Part shown: positions 48,795-57,766 of the stretch, one piece after another | Position numbering within the stretch: position 1 is the first letter of the stretch | Layout of the letters: every line of letters begins with the position of its first letter | NCBI GenBank assembly: GCA_041393965.1 | Contig: JAWKJB010000002.1 | Coordinates: 339 to 64,338, forward strand | Direction: 5' to 3' | Length of the DNA: 64,000 bases | DNA from: Acidimicrobiia bacterium | Lineage (GTDB): Bacteria; Actinomycetota; Acidimicrobiia; Spongiisociales; UBA5794 | The notes under the pieces: generated by a model | What the model was told of the DNA's origin: nothing | The model's input: the letters and a program-made list of their open reading frames with translations, nothing else | Databases searched by the model: none | Translations under genes and position numbers: made by a program

Positions 48795-49390
48795 CGTGCG
48801 ACAGCGGCAGGTTCGGGAACCGATGCGCCACGCACCGCGAATCGGGCAAAGTCCTCAGCGATCTCGTGTGCCGTCTTGGCGCCGTCCGGCCGGTACCAGC
48901 GGATCACCGAGTTGCACATCCCGAGGATGGCCTTGACAGCGACACCAAAATCCTGGGCGACGAATTCCCCTGCCTCATAGCCCTCCTCGAGCAGCCGGCG
49001 GAAGACGGCTTCGTAGGCGTCGCGCCGGGCGAGATGTGCTGCCATGTACTCGGTGTCGAGGTAGCGGCCCTCGTCGGTGAAACAGGCAACGGCGTCGCGG
49101 TCCTCGATCGCTCCGACCGTGTGGAGGATGACCGCGAGACGGAGCCGTTCGGCGGCAGGGACATGCATGTCGGCCACATCTTCGACAAGTGGTGTCACCC
49201 GGCGAACCGTGCGTTCGATGATCTCGGACAGCAACGCCTGCTTGGAAGGGAAATGGTGATAGAGGCTGGATTTGGTGATCCCAACCGCCTCGGCGAGTTC
49301 GGACATCGAGGTACCGTTGAAGCCCTTGCGTCGGAATAGTGCGGCGCCTTCGAGGCGAATGCGGTCCCGCGTGTCGGTTCCGTGAATCAC
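48791..49390 (-). CDS. TetR/AcrR-family transcriptional regulator embedded within the catabolic operon (4-nt overlaps on both sides)
   Basis: TetR HTH (GFNGTSMSELAEAVGITKSSLYHHFPSKQAL). Confidence 0.8.
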   Translation of the reverse strand: MIHGTDTRDRIRLEGAALFRRKGFNGTSMSELAEAVGITKSSLYHHFPSKQALLSEIIERTVRRVTPLVEDVADMHVPAAERLRLAVILHTVGAIEDRDAVACFTDEGRYLDTEYMAAHLARRDAYEAVFRRLLEEGYEAGEFVAQDFGVAVKAILGMCNSVIRWYRPDGAKTAHEIAEDFARFAVRGASVPEPAAVAR

Positions 49391-49923
49391 GCCGCGGCGC
49401 CCTGCGCAAGTCGCATGCCTGCAGCGAGCGCCTCGAGGTTCTTCTTTCGGTGCTGGGGCGGAACCCGCGCAGCCACCGCCCGTTCGAGCGCCGCACCGTC
49501 GACAAGGCCGGTATGGGCCTGGAGGACACCGAGCGCAACGACGCCTGTGGCGAGTTCGCCACCGGTGACCGCCCGCGCTGTGTCGACGACGGGGAAGAAC
49601 ACGGCGGTGTCGTCCGGCTCCTCGAGGACGCAGCGGGAGTCGATGATCAGCGTGCTTCCGACCGCCAAATCCGGCTTGTACTTGTCGAGAGCCTTCTGCG
49701 ACAGCGCAACAAGCGTATCGATGCTGTCGGCGAGCGGAAACCCAACCGTGTCGGTCGCGATCACCACATCGGAACGGCTCGAACCGCCCCTTGATTGGGG
49801 TCCGTACAGCTGGCTGTGCGTCGCCCGCTTCCCGGAAAGGATCGCGGCTTCCGCAAGGATCCTGCCTGCGGTCACCACACCTTGCCCGCCCGCGCCAGCG
49901 ATCCTGATCTCATTGCGAGCCAC
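49387..49923 (-). CDS. 2-oxoacid:ferredoxin oxidoreductase gamma subunit
   Basis: GTG start with AGGAGG SD; IRIAGAGGQGVVTAG (POR gamma motif). Confidence 0.75.
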   Translation of the reverse strand: MARNEIRIAGAGGQGVVTAGRILAEAAILSGKRATHSQLYGPQSRGGSSRSDVVIATDTVGFPLADSIDTLVALSQKALDKYKPDLAVGSTLIIDSRCVLEEPDDTAVFFPVVDTARAVTGGELATGVVALGVLQAHTGLVDGAALERAVAARVPPQHRKKNLEALAAGMRLAQGAAA

Positions 49924-50785
49924 GGCCACCTCCTGCGCCTGCCCCCTGGAACACGGGACGGATCTCCTTCTTGAGCACACCGGTCTTGAGGGCGGGTGCA
50001 GGCAGATCGACCGGCACATGCTCGACGAAACGCTTGTCCGACAGCGGTCCGGCAACCCCTTCATCGCGCATGGCGATCCAGTTGAGCATCTCGGGCCCGC
50101 CCCCGATCTTGTTGTAGCGCCCGAAGTACTCGGGGCAGTCGCTCACCAACTCGATGAACGCGAACCCGGGATGGGAGAGGCCTTCCGCCATCACCTTGGT
50201 CATGGCGATCGGGTTGGCTGCGAAGACCCTCGCAACGAAGGACGCCCCTGCACCCTTGAGCAGCTCACAGGCGTCAAATCCCGGCTCGGCGTTGCCTTGG
50301 GGCGTTGTCGAAGCGATCGCCCCTTCGGGTGTGGTTGGGGCTGCCTGGCCCCCGGTCATGCCGTAGATCGAGTTGTTGAGCAGCAGCACGGTCATGTCGA
50401 TGTTGCGCCTGGCGGCATGGATGAGGTGATTGCCGCCAATCGCGAGCCCGTCACCATCGCCGGTGACGACCACCACATTGAGATCGGGACGAGCGAGCTT
50501 CAAGCCGGTCGCAAAGGCCGGGGCGCGTCCGTGTGTGCCGTGGAGCGTGCAGAAATCCACATAGCCGGCAAGCCGTGAACTGCAGCCGATCCCAGCAACC
50601 ATCGCGATCTTGTTCTGGTCGAGTTGGAGTTGGTCGACGGCTTCGAGGAATGATCGAAGCACGATGCCGTGGGCGCACCCGGGACACAGGACATGGGGCA
50701 TCGCCCACTCTCGCAAGTAGGCCTTCACATCGGTCTTCGATGCGGCCGTTGTTTCGGTTTCGGGGTGGATCCTGACATCGGTCAT
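49910..50785 (-). CDS. 2-oxoacid:ferredoxin oxidoreductase beta subunit (TPP-binding)
   Basis: CPGCAHG, GIGCSS, TGDGDGLAIGGNH motifs. Confidence 0.85.
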   Translation of the reverse strand: MTDVRIHPETETTAASKTDVKAYLREWAMPHVLCPGCAHGIVLRSFLEAVDQLQLDQNKIAMVAGIGCSSRLAGYVDFCTLHGTHGRAPAFATGLKLARPDLNVVVVTGDGDGLAIGGNHLIHAARRNIDMTVLLLNNSIYGMTGGQAAPTTPEGAIASTTPQGNAEPGFDACELLKGAGASFVARVFAANPIAMTKVMAEGLSHPGFAFIELVSDCPEYFGRYNKIGGGPEMLNWIAMRDEGVAGPLSDKRFVEHVPVDLPAPALKTGVLKKEIRPVFQGAGAGGGRGSQ

Positions 50786-51927
50786 GCGCGTCCTCCGTGG
50801 ATCTTGGTGAGCACTTCCTCGATCGCGATCGGGGTGACCGGCTCGCCTCCCGAGCGCAGGTGCGGGACGATCTCGGCCTTGCCCATCGCGGAGCGTTCGA
50901 CTTCCCCGACCAGCTGCCCGAGGTTCATCTCGGCAACGACGATCGTGTCGACTCGTTCGGCCACAGCCCTCACCTGTTCGGTTGGGAACGGCCACACGGT
51001 CAGCGGTCTGATCATGCCTGCCTTGATCCCGCGCTCGCGTGCCCGTTCGACCGCGAGCTTGGCGGAGCGTCCAACGATGCCGTAGGCGAACACGGCGATG
51101 TCGGCATCATCGAGGAGGTACTCGTCGACTTCGACGACCTCATCGAGGTGGGCATCGATCTTGTTGTGGAGCCGGCTGATGAGCGCCTCGGCAACGGCGG
51201 TGTCGTTGGTGGGGAACCCCCGGTGGTCGTGGGCGAGGCCGGTCACATGGAACCGATAGCCGTCCCCGAACGGCGACATCGCGGGGACACCATCGGGATC
51301 GGCGTCCTTGGGCCAGAACTCGTCGAGGGCCGTACCTGGTGTCACGCGGTCGACCACGGTCACCGAATCCGGGAGCTCGACGCTTTCACGGGTGTGCCCG
51401 ATGATCTCGTCGTAGAGGAGAATGACCGGTGTGCGGAAGCGCTCCGCGAGGTTGAAGGCCTTGACGGTGAGGTCGAAGACCTCCCCGACCGACGAGGGGG
51501 CAAGCACGATGGCGGGATGGTCGCCGTGGGTCCCCCACCGTGCCTGCATCACATCTCCCTGCGATGGCGAGGTTGGCATGCCCGTGCTGGGACCTCCCCG
51601 CATCACATTGACGATCACACAAGGGACCTCGGCGATCGTCGCAAACCCGACATGCTCTTGCATGAGGGAGAAGCCCGGCCCGCTCGTCGCGGTCATCGCT
51701 TTGGCACCGGCGATCGACGCACCGATGACCGCCGCGAGGGACGAGATCTCGTCCTCCATCTGCACCGAGACTCCACCGACCTCGGGCATGCGCCGCACCA
51801 TGTGCTCGGCGATCTCCGACGATGGGGTGATGGGATACCCCCCGTAGAAGGTGCAACCGGCGGCGAGGGCGCCCTTGACGCAGGCCTCGTTGCCCTGGAT
51901 GAGCTTTGCGGTTGTCGCGGTTGTCAT
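50782..51927 (-). CDS. 2-oxoacid:ferredoxin oxidoreductase alpha subunit
   Basis: LIQGNEACVKGALAAGCTFYGGYPITPSSEI N-terminus; GGGAGGA SD. Confidence 0.85.
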   Translation of the reverse strand: MTTATTAKLIQGNEACVKGALAAGCTFYGGYPITPSSEIAEHMVRRMPEVGGVSVQMEDEISSLAAVIGASIAGAKAMTATSGPGFSLMQEHVGFATIAEVPCVIVNVMRGGPSTGMPTSPSQGDVMQARWGTHGDHPAIVLAPSSVGEVFDLTVKAFNLAERFRTPVILLYDEIIGHTRESVELPDSVTVVDRVTPGTALDEFWPKDADPDGVPAMSPFGDGYRFHVTGLAHDHRGFPTNDTAVAEALISRLHNKIDAHLDEVVEVDEYLLDDADIAVFAYGIVGRSAKLAVERARERGIKAGMIRPLTVWPFPTEQVRAVAERVDTIVVAEMNLGQLVGEVERSAMGKAEIVPHLRSGGEPVTPIAIEEVLTKIHGGRA

Positions 51928-52802
51928 CGGGTGGTCCTCCCTGATGCTGCCGGCACCGGATCGGCTGTCTCCGCCGGTGGGTGGATGGTGATTGCAAAGT
52001 CGGGGCACAACATCTCGCACAGACGACACCCGGTGCAGGCATCGGCATCGACGATCAGCAGCGTGCCGTCGGTATCGAGCTTCAGGCAGTACTCGGGACA
52101 GACCCTCGGGCAGATGTCGCAGCTCTTGCACCAGTCCTGGCGGATCTCGATGAGGTGGGGTCCCGGGGCAACCTCGGGATCCGGCCCCGGGAGCGGGATC
52201 TCCGCCGACGGTGCCTGCCGCCCTGCACGGAACGCCGCAAGGTTGACCTCTTCGGTTCCTTTCGGCACGAGGCTGGTGATTGCCGCTTCCCAGTGTTCGG
52301 TGTCGATGTCGACGAAGGCAGCCACCGATCCGAGGATGACGCTGTTCGCGGCCCGCACATTGCCGAGTGCGGCGGCGTTTGCCGTTGCGTCAACGAAGCG
52401 GGATTCGAGTCTCCGGTTCTTGAACAGGTCGCCGTCGAATCGGGGATAGGCCCTCGACCAGGCCCTTGTATCGTTGCACGCTCCCGGCGGGACGATCGTC
52501 TTGAGGTCGGTGACGACGGCACCGCCGTCGCGGACATACTCGACCCATCGGATGGCTTCCGCCCATTCGAAAGCGGCAAGGACCTCGGCGCTTCCCTTCT
52601 CGACGAGCGGGCTGTCGACCTTGTCGCGTTTCCAACGGATGTGGCTCACGACGGAGCCGCCCCGTTGGGCCATGCCGTGCACCTCGCTCTGTTTGACATC
52701 GAACCCTGCTCGCATAAGCGCATCGGCGACGATCATGCTCGCGAGGATGACGCCCTGGCCCCCGACGCCTGCCAGCAAGAGGCCCTTCGCACCGTCAGCC
52801 AT
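51924..52802 (-). CDS. iorB: Indolepyruvate/2-oxoacid ferredoxin oxidoreductase beta (gamma-type) subunit fused to a C-terminal 2x[4Fe-4S] ferredoxin domain
   Basis: LLAGVGGQGVILAS (POR_C); C-terminal CKSCDICPRVCP...CTGCRLCEMLCP. Confidence 0.6.
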   Translation of the reverse strand: MADGAKGLLLAGVGGQGVILASMIVADALMRAGFDVKQSEVHGMAQRGGSVVSHIRWKRDKVDSPLVEKGSAEVLAAFEWAEAIRWVEYVRDGGAVVTDLKTIVPPGACNDTRAWSRAYPRFDGDLFKNRRLESRFVDATANAAALGNVRAANSVILGSVAAFVDIDTEHWEAAITSLVPKGTEEVNLAAFRAGRQAPSAEIPLPGPDPEVAPGPHLIEIRQDWCKSCDICPRVCPEYCLKLDTDGTLLIVDADACTGCRLCEMLCPDFAITIHPPAETADPVPAASGRTTR

Positions 52803-54606
52803 CGCCGTTCCTCCCGTTCATGTCAACCGGCACGATTGCGAGCGGTGGGCAGAGCTGTGCACACAGGGTGCAGCCCGTGCAGGTCACCGTATCGATGACC
52901 ACCTTGCGCCGTCCTTCGAACATCTCGTCGGACCACACGATCGATGGGCAACCGGCGGTCATGCACGCTTGGCACGCCGTGCAGTCCTCTGCGATCACCC
53001 GGAATGGTGTATCCCTGACTTTGATCGGGGCTTCGACACACGGGCGGTTGGTGATGACCACCGACGGGCCGACATGGGCGATCGCCCCTTCGATGGCGCC
53101 ATAGGTTGCTGCCATGTCGTAGGGGTCGATGACGCGGACATCCCGGACACCGAGGGACTTGCATAGCCCTACCAGATCGACAGGAGTCGCCTCCTGCCCT
53201 TGCAATGTGGTCCCGGTGCCCGGATGCTCCTGCCCGCCGGTCATCGCTGTTGTTCCGTTGTCCAAGATGATGACGGTGATGTTTGCATCGGCGTAGACCG
53301 CGTCGGCGAGACCCGCGATACCGCCGTGGAGGAAGGTCGAGTCACCGATGGTGGCGACGACGGGGCCTGCGGCGCCTCCCGATGCCGCGAGTCCGACCGC
53401 CATGCCGATGCTCGAGCCCATCGCGACACAGGTGTCCATTGACGACAGCGGCTCGAGCGCGGCAAGCGTGTAACACCCGATGTCGCCGGTGACGACGGCG
53501 CCGAGGCGCTTGAGGGCAAGGTACGGAGGGGTGTGCGGACAGCCGGGGCACATGAGCGGTGGCCGCGCAACCGTGCCGGGAGCTGGCTCGATCGCGAGGT
53601 ACTCGGGAAGGACTCCGGCTGCGGCAAATCCTCGCCTGACGGCATCGGGGCTGAGCTCGCCAGCCTGGGGAAAGAACTCCTTGCCTTCGACGGCGAGCCC
53701 AGCGGCGCGCAGATCGTTCTCGACGAGGGGATCGAGCTCCTCGATCACGAAGAGCCGATCGACGGTCTTTGCGAACGCTTTGATCCGTTCCATCGGGAGG
53801 GGATAGCTCATGCCGAGCTTGAGGGCCTTGGCGTCCGGGAGCACCTCACGGAGGTAGTGGTGGGCGATACCGGAGGTGACCACGCCGATCGAGGTATCCG
53901 TCCCGGATTCCTCGATCAGGGGGCTCTGGTCTGCGAATTCTTTCAGGTCCTGCAACCGCCGCAGGAGTGCCGGTCGTCGCCCTCGGGCGTGCCCAGGAAT
54001 CATGACGTACTTCTGGGGGTTACGCTCGAAGCCGGCGACCGGCCTTTCCTGGCGGTCCCTGAGTTCTACGACCCCTCGGTTGTGCGAAACCCGTGTCGTC
54101 GTGCGAACGAGAACCGGGGTGTCGTATTGCTCGGAGATCTCAAATGCGAGCGCCGTGAACCGCTTGGCTTCGGCGCTGTTTGCGGGTTCGAGGAGCGGTA
54201 CGGAGCCCATCCGGGCGTAGGCCCTCGTGTCCTGCTCGTTCTGGGAACTGTGCATGCCGGGATCGTCCGCGACGAGGATGACGAGGCCCGCCCCGACCCC
54301 CGTGTAGGCCATCGTCATGAAGGTGTCTGCGGCAACATTGAGCCCGACATGCTTCATCGTGCACAGGGTGCGGATGCCGCCGAGTGACGCGCCGAGGGCA
54401 ACATCGAGGGCGACCTTCTCGTTGGGGGACCAGCGGACCTGCATGTCGGTGCGGTTCGCGATCGATTCGAGTGTCTCGGTGCTCGGCGTTCCCGGATAGC
54501 CGACGGCCATGAGGGCCCCCGCTTCCACCGCCCCGCGGGCGATGGCCTCGTTGCCGGACAGGAGGACGGTCGTGCCCTCGTCGACACGCGTTTCGAGGGT
54601 CGTCAT
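52795..54606 (-). CDS. iorA: Indolepyruvate:ferredoxin oxidoreductase alpha subunit (fused TPP/pyrimidine-binding domains with a C-terminal 4Fe-4S)
   Basis: 603 aa; LLSGNEAIARGAVEAG N-terminus, GDIGCYT, C-terminal CTACQAC...CTGCTLCAQLCP. Confidence 0.75.
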   Translation of the reverse strand: MTTLETRVDEGTTVLLSGNEAIARGAVEAGALMAVGYPGTPSTETLESIANRTDMQVRWSPNEKVALDVALGASLGGIRTLCTMKHVGLNVAADTFMTMAYTGVGAGLVILVADDPGMHSSQNEQDTRAYARMGSVPLLEPANSAEAKRFTALAFEISEQYDTPVLVRTTTRVSHNRGVVELRDRQERPVAGFERNPQKYVMIPGHARGRRPALLRRLQDLKEFADQSPLIEESGTDTSIGVVTSGIAHHYLREVLPDAKALKLGMSYPLPMERIKAFAKTVDRLFVIEELDPLVENDLRAAGLAVEGKEFFPQAGELSPDAVRRGFAAAGVLPEYLAIEPAPGTVARPPLMCPGCPHTPPYLALKRLGAVVTGDIGCYTLAALEPLSSMDTCVAMGSSIGMAVGLAASGGAAGPVVATIGDSTFLHGGIAGLADAVYADANITVIILDNGTTAMTGGQEHPGTGTTLQGQEATPVDLVGLCKSLGVRDVRVIDPYDMAATYGAIEGAIAHVGPSVVITNRPCVEAPIKVRDTPFRVIAEDCTACQACMTAGCPSIVWSDEMFEGRRKVVIDTVTCTGCTLCAQLCPPLAIVPVDMNGRNGDG

Positions 54607-55862
54607 TGCGTGCTCCCGGCGGCGATCAGGTCAAGGATCTCGTCCTCGGCGAGGACATGGTCCGATGTCTTTGCGGCCGCGAGGATCTTGTCGACCGTCG
54701 CGTCGTCGGTCTCACGGCCCCGTTTCGTGAGCCATGCGACCGCATTGGCCCTTCCGCTCATGGGGCCGACGGTGATCTCTTGTTCCCTCCCGAGGAGGTC
54801 TGCGGGTACGCCGCTGTAGATGCGGTTGGCGAGCCATTCGTCGCCCGTACGAATGGCCTTGAGGACGGCTGCGGCGTGCACACCGGTGCTCGTCTCGAAT
54901 GCGTCACTCCCGATCGCTGGCCAGTTCTTGGGAATCGGTGTGCTGGTCGCCTTGGAGACCGCCTCACAGTAGGCGGGGAGGGTCGTGAGGTCGAGGTCGA
55001 GCCAGCCCATCAGCTTGAGGTTGACGAGCAGCATCTCCATGGGCGTGTTGCCTGCCCGTTCCCCGATGCCGATCCCGCACCCATGCACACGGTGGGCTCC
55101 CGAGGCGAGAGCCTGAATCGAGTTGATGACGGACAGGTTGCGGTCCCGGTGGCCGTGATAGTCGATCTTGATGTCTTCGCCGGTTTCGGCGACGATGTCG
55201 ACGGCGAGTTCGACGAGCGCCCGTACCCCCCATGGGGTTGCGTGGCCGACGGTGTCGGAGAGGCAGATGCGCCGTGCGCCCGCTTCGATCGCCGCGGTGT
55301 ACAGCGTGCGGAGGATCTCTGGCCTTGCCCGGGTCGTGTCCTCGGTCACATACATGACCTCGAGACCTTCCTTGCGGGCGAGATTGATGGCGTCGACGGT
55401 TGTCTTTGCGAGGAAGTCGACATCCCAGCCCTCGACGAATTGGCGGATGGGGCTCGTGCCGAGGAACAGGGAAGCTTCGATCGCGACGCCGGAGCGTTGC
55501 TGGGCCTCGGCGATGGGGAGGATGTCTGCTGGGTGGGTCCGGCCTGCACAGTTGGGCTCGATCGAGAAGCCTTCCTTGTCGATCTCTTCGGCAAGGGCGG
55601 TGACATGGTCAAGTACGGTCGCGTCGGCGCCCGGGTAGCCGAGATCGACGGCCTGGATGCCGAGGCCAGCCATGCGGTGGAGGATCTCGAGTTTCTCATC
55701 GAGGTTCGGTTGACGGACCGACGGGCTCTGGAGGCCGTCACGCAGCGTCTCGTCGTCGAGCTCCACCGTTGCAGGTGCCGGCGTGCCCTCCATGCCGACG
55801 ACATTCCAGTCGTAGAGCAGCTCCTGTTCCCGAGCGCTGGTGTCTTGCCCCATGCCCTCGCC
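54603..55862 (-). CDS. DRE-TIM metallolyase (LeuA/HMGL-like; 2-isopropylmalate/homocitrate/citramalate synthase family)
   Basis: LDDETLRDGLQ motif; HxH metal site (IDYHGHRD). Start chosen at the internal ATG 55862 preceded by a perfect AAGGAGG SD; the longer ORF N-terminus lacks an SD. Confidence 0.75.
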   Translation of the reverse strand, partial: GEGMGQDTSAREQELLYDWNVVGMEGTPAPATVELDDETLRDGLQSPSVRQPNLDEKLEILHRMAGLGIQAVDLGYPGADATVLDHVTALAEEIDKEGFSIEPNCAGRTHPADILPIAEAQQRSGVAIEASLFLGTSPIRQFVEGWDVDFLAKTTVDAINLARKEGLEVMYVTEDTTRARPEILRTLYTAAIEAGARRICLSDTVGHATPWGVRALVELAVDIVAETGEDIKIDYHGHRDRNLSVINSIQALASGAHRVHGCGIGIGERAGNTPMEMLLVNLKLMGWLDLDLTTLPAYCEAVSKATSTPIPKNWPAIGSDAFETSTGVHAAAVLKAIRTGDEWLANRIYSGVPADLLGREQEITVGPMSGRANAVAWLTKRGRETDDATVDKILAAAKTSDHVLAEDEILDLIAAGSTQ

Positions 55863-56207
55863 TCCTTTGCGTTGGATCGATCCCTCGCAGCCGTCCGGCC
55901 GGTCGGTTGACAAGGTAGTCATAGAATCCCAAGGACGGGGGCGACCGGCAATCCGCCTTTTGTATCATTTATCTGATGCATTCGCATCACGACAGTGATC
56001 GTGGTGCACAAATCACGATCCGGCAAGAGGATCCCGACGATTCGTCAGGCGACGGCCCGGACCGCAGGTAGGCTGAATGCATCACAGAAATGGGGTCGGT
56101 GGCTCATTGACGCAGCGAGGTCACGGGGAGACACTCGGGTCTGGACGACCGACCGGCCGGAAGGCAGATGCGGTTCGGCGTGCCCACGGCCACACGAAGG
56201 AGGAGCA

Positions 56208-56627
56208 TTGACGACAGCTGTGATGGGGGCATCATTCCGACCGGGGGAGCTCGAGATCCACGACGACGGCACCGGCAACCTGCTCGGCAGCCGATGCACC
56301 AACTGCGGGGCGTGCTTCTTCCCGATCCGGGAGGCCTGTGCGGGATGCCTGAGCCAGGAACTGGACACGATCCGGTTCTCGACCGAGGGGACGCTGTACA
56401 CCTATTCGATCGTACGCCAGTCGATCCCCGCGTTCGAGGTTCCGTACGCGCTCGGGTATGTGGACTTCCCTGAGGGTGTCCGCATCATGGGCCAGATCTC
56501 AGGGATAGACTTCGATGACATCGAGATCGGCATGCCGATGTCGCTCTCGCTTGAACCGTTCGGTGAGGATGCCGATGGCAACCCACTCACGGGCTACCGA
56601 TTTCGTCCCTCGGAGGTGTCTGAATGA
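56208..56627 (+). CDS. Zn-ribbon OB-fold (DUF35) protein, thiolase partner
   Basis: CTNCGACFFPIREACAGC zinc ribbon; TTG start 5 nt after the AAGGAGG SD; 4-nt overlap with the thiolase gene. Confidence 0.65.
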   Translation: MTTAVMGASFRPGELEIHDDGTGNLLGSRCTNCGACFFPIREACAGCLSQELDTIRFSTEGTLYTYSIVRQSIPAFEVPYALGYVDFPEGVRIMGQISGIDFDDIEIGMPMSLSLEPFGEDADGNPLTGYRFRPSEVSE

Positions 56628-57766
56628 CCGATGTCCACATCGTCGGGGTCGGCATGACCCGCTTCGGCAAGCATCCGGACAGCGATGCCACCGACCTCGG
56701 CTCGGCCGCGCTGCTCGAGGCAGTCGCCGACGCCGGCATCGACGCACGCCTCATCGAGTCGGCCTATGTCGGCCATGTGTTCCAGGGCATGGTGACGGGC
56801 CAGCGGATCCTCGCCCAGGTCGGCCTTGCAGGCCTTCCGCTCGTCAATGTCGAGAACGCCTGCAGCTCCGGTGCCACCGCGATCCGCGAGGCATCCCTTG
56901 CGATCCGTGCCGGTGAGAACGATGTTGTGGTGGCGGTCGGCACCGAGCACCTCACCTCGAAGTTCGGGGGAGCCCTCACCCCGGATCCAAGCGATCCGGA
57001 AGCGGCCATCGGGGCGACGATGCCGGGGATCTACGCCATGCGCGCCACCCGGTACATGGCCGATCATGGCATGACCCGCGAACAGCTCGCCCTGATCCCT
57101 GTCAAGAACAAGGCGAACGCGGCGCAGAATCCGCTCGCCCATTTCCGTACGCCGATCACGGTGGAAGATGTGCTCGAGTCGCGTCCCGTCGCCGATCCGC
57201 TCCACCTCCACGACTGCTCGCCGGTGACCGACGGCGCTGCTGCGGTGATCATGATGAGTGATGCCGCAGCAGCGAGGTACGCCAATGGGCGAGGTGTCAG
57301 GCTCGCCGCCTCGGCGCTTCGTTCCGGCTCGGTCGAGACTGAGCCAACGACGATGACCTTCGAACCGCTCACCTGGGCGACGGCGCAAGATGCCTACGAG
57401 AAGGCAGGTGTTGGCCCAGACGAGGTCGACTTCGCCGAGGTCCATGACTGCTTCTCGATCGCTGAGGTGCTGCGCGTTGAAGGCCTCGGCCTCTTCGAGC
57501 AGGGCAGCTATCCCCGAGCGGTCGAGCGTGGCGAAGCCAACATCAACGGCCGTCTGCCGGTGAACCCGAGTGGCGGCCTCATCGGCAAAGGGCACCCGCT
57601 CGGCGGCACGGGAGTGGCCCAGGTCGTCGAGCTGGTGCGTCAGCTCCGCGGGGAGGCGGGAGATCGCCAGATCGAGGGAGCCAAGGTGGGCCTCGCCCAC
57701 TGTCGGGGCGGAAAGGCAGTCGGGATCGAGGGAGCTGCGTGCACCGTTCAGATCTTGACTCGCTGA
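56624..57766 (+). CDS. SCP-x-type thiolase (thiolase-domain protein that pairs with DUF35)
   Basis: HIVGVGMTRFGKH, NVENACSSGATAI (active Cys), GGLIGKGHPLGGTG. Confidence 0.8.
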   Translation: MTDVHIVGVGMTRFGKHPDSDATDLGSAALLEAVADAGIDARLIESAYVGHVFQGMVTGQRILAQVGLAGLPLVNVENACSSGATAIREASLAIRAGENDVVVAVGTEHLTSKFGGALTPDPSDPEAAIGATMPGIYAMRATRYMADHGMTREQLALIPVKNKANAAQNPLAHFRTPITVEDVLESRPVADPLHLHDCSPVTDGAAAVIMMSDAAAARYANGRGVRLAASALRSGSVETEPTTMTFEPLTWATAQDAYEKAGVGPDEVDFAEVHDCFSIAEVLRVEGLGLFEQGSYPRAVERGEANINGRLPVNPSGGLIGKGHPLGGTGVAQVVELVRQLRGEAGDRQIEGAKVGLAHCRGGKAVGIEGAACTVQILTR

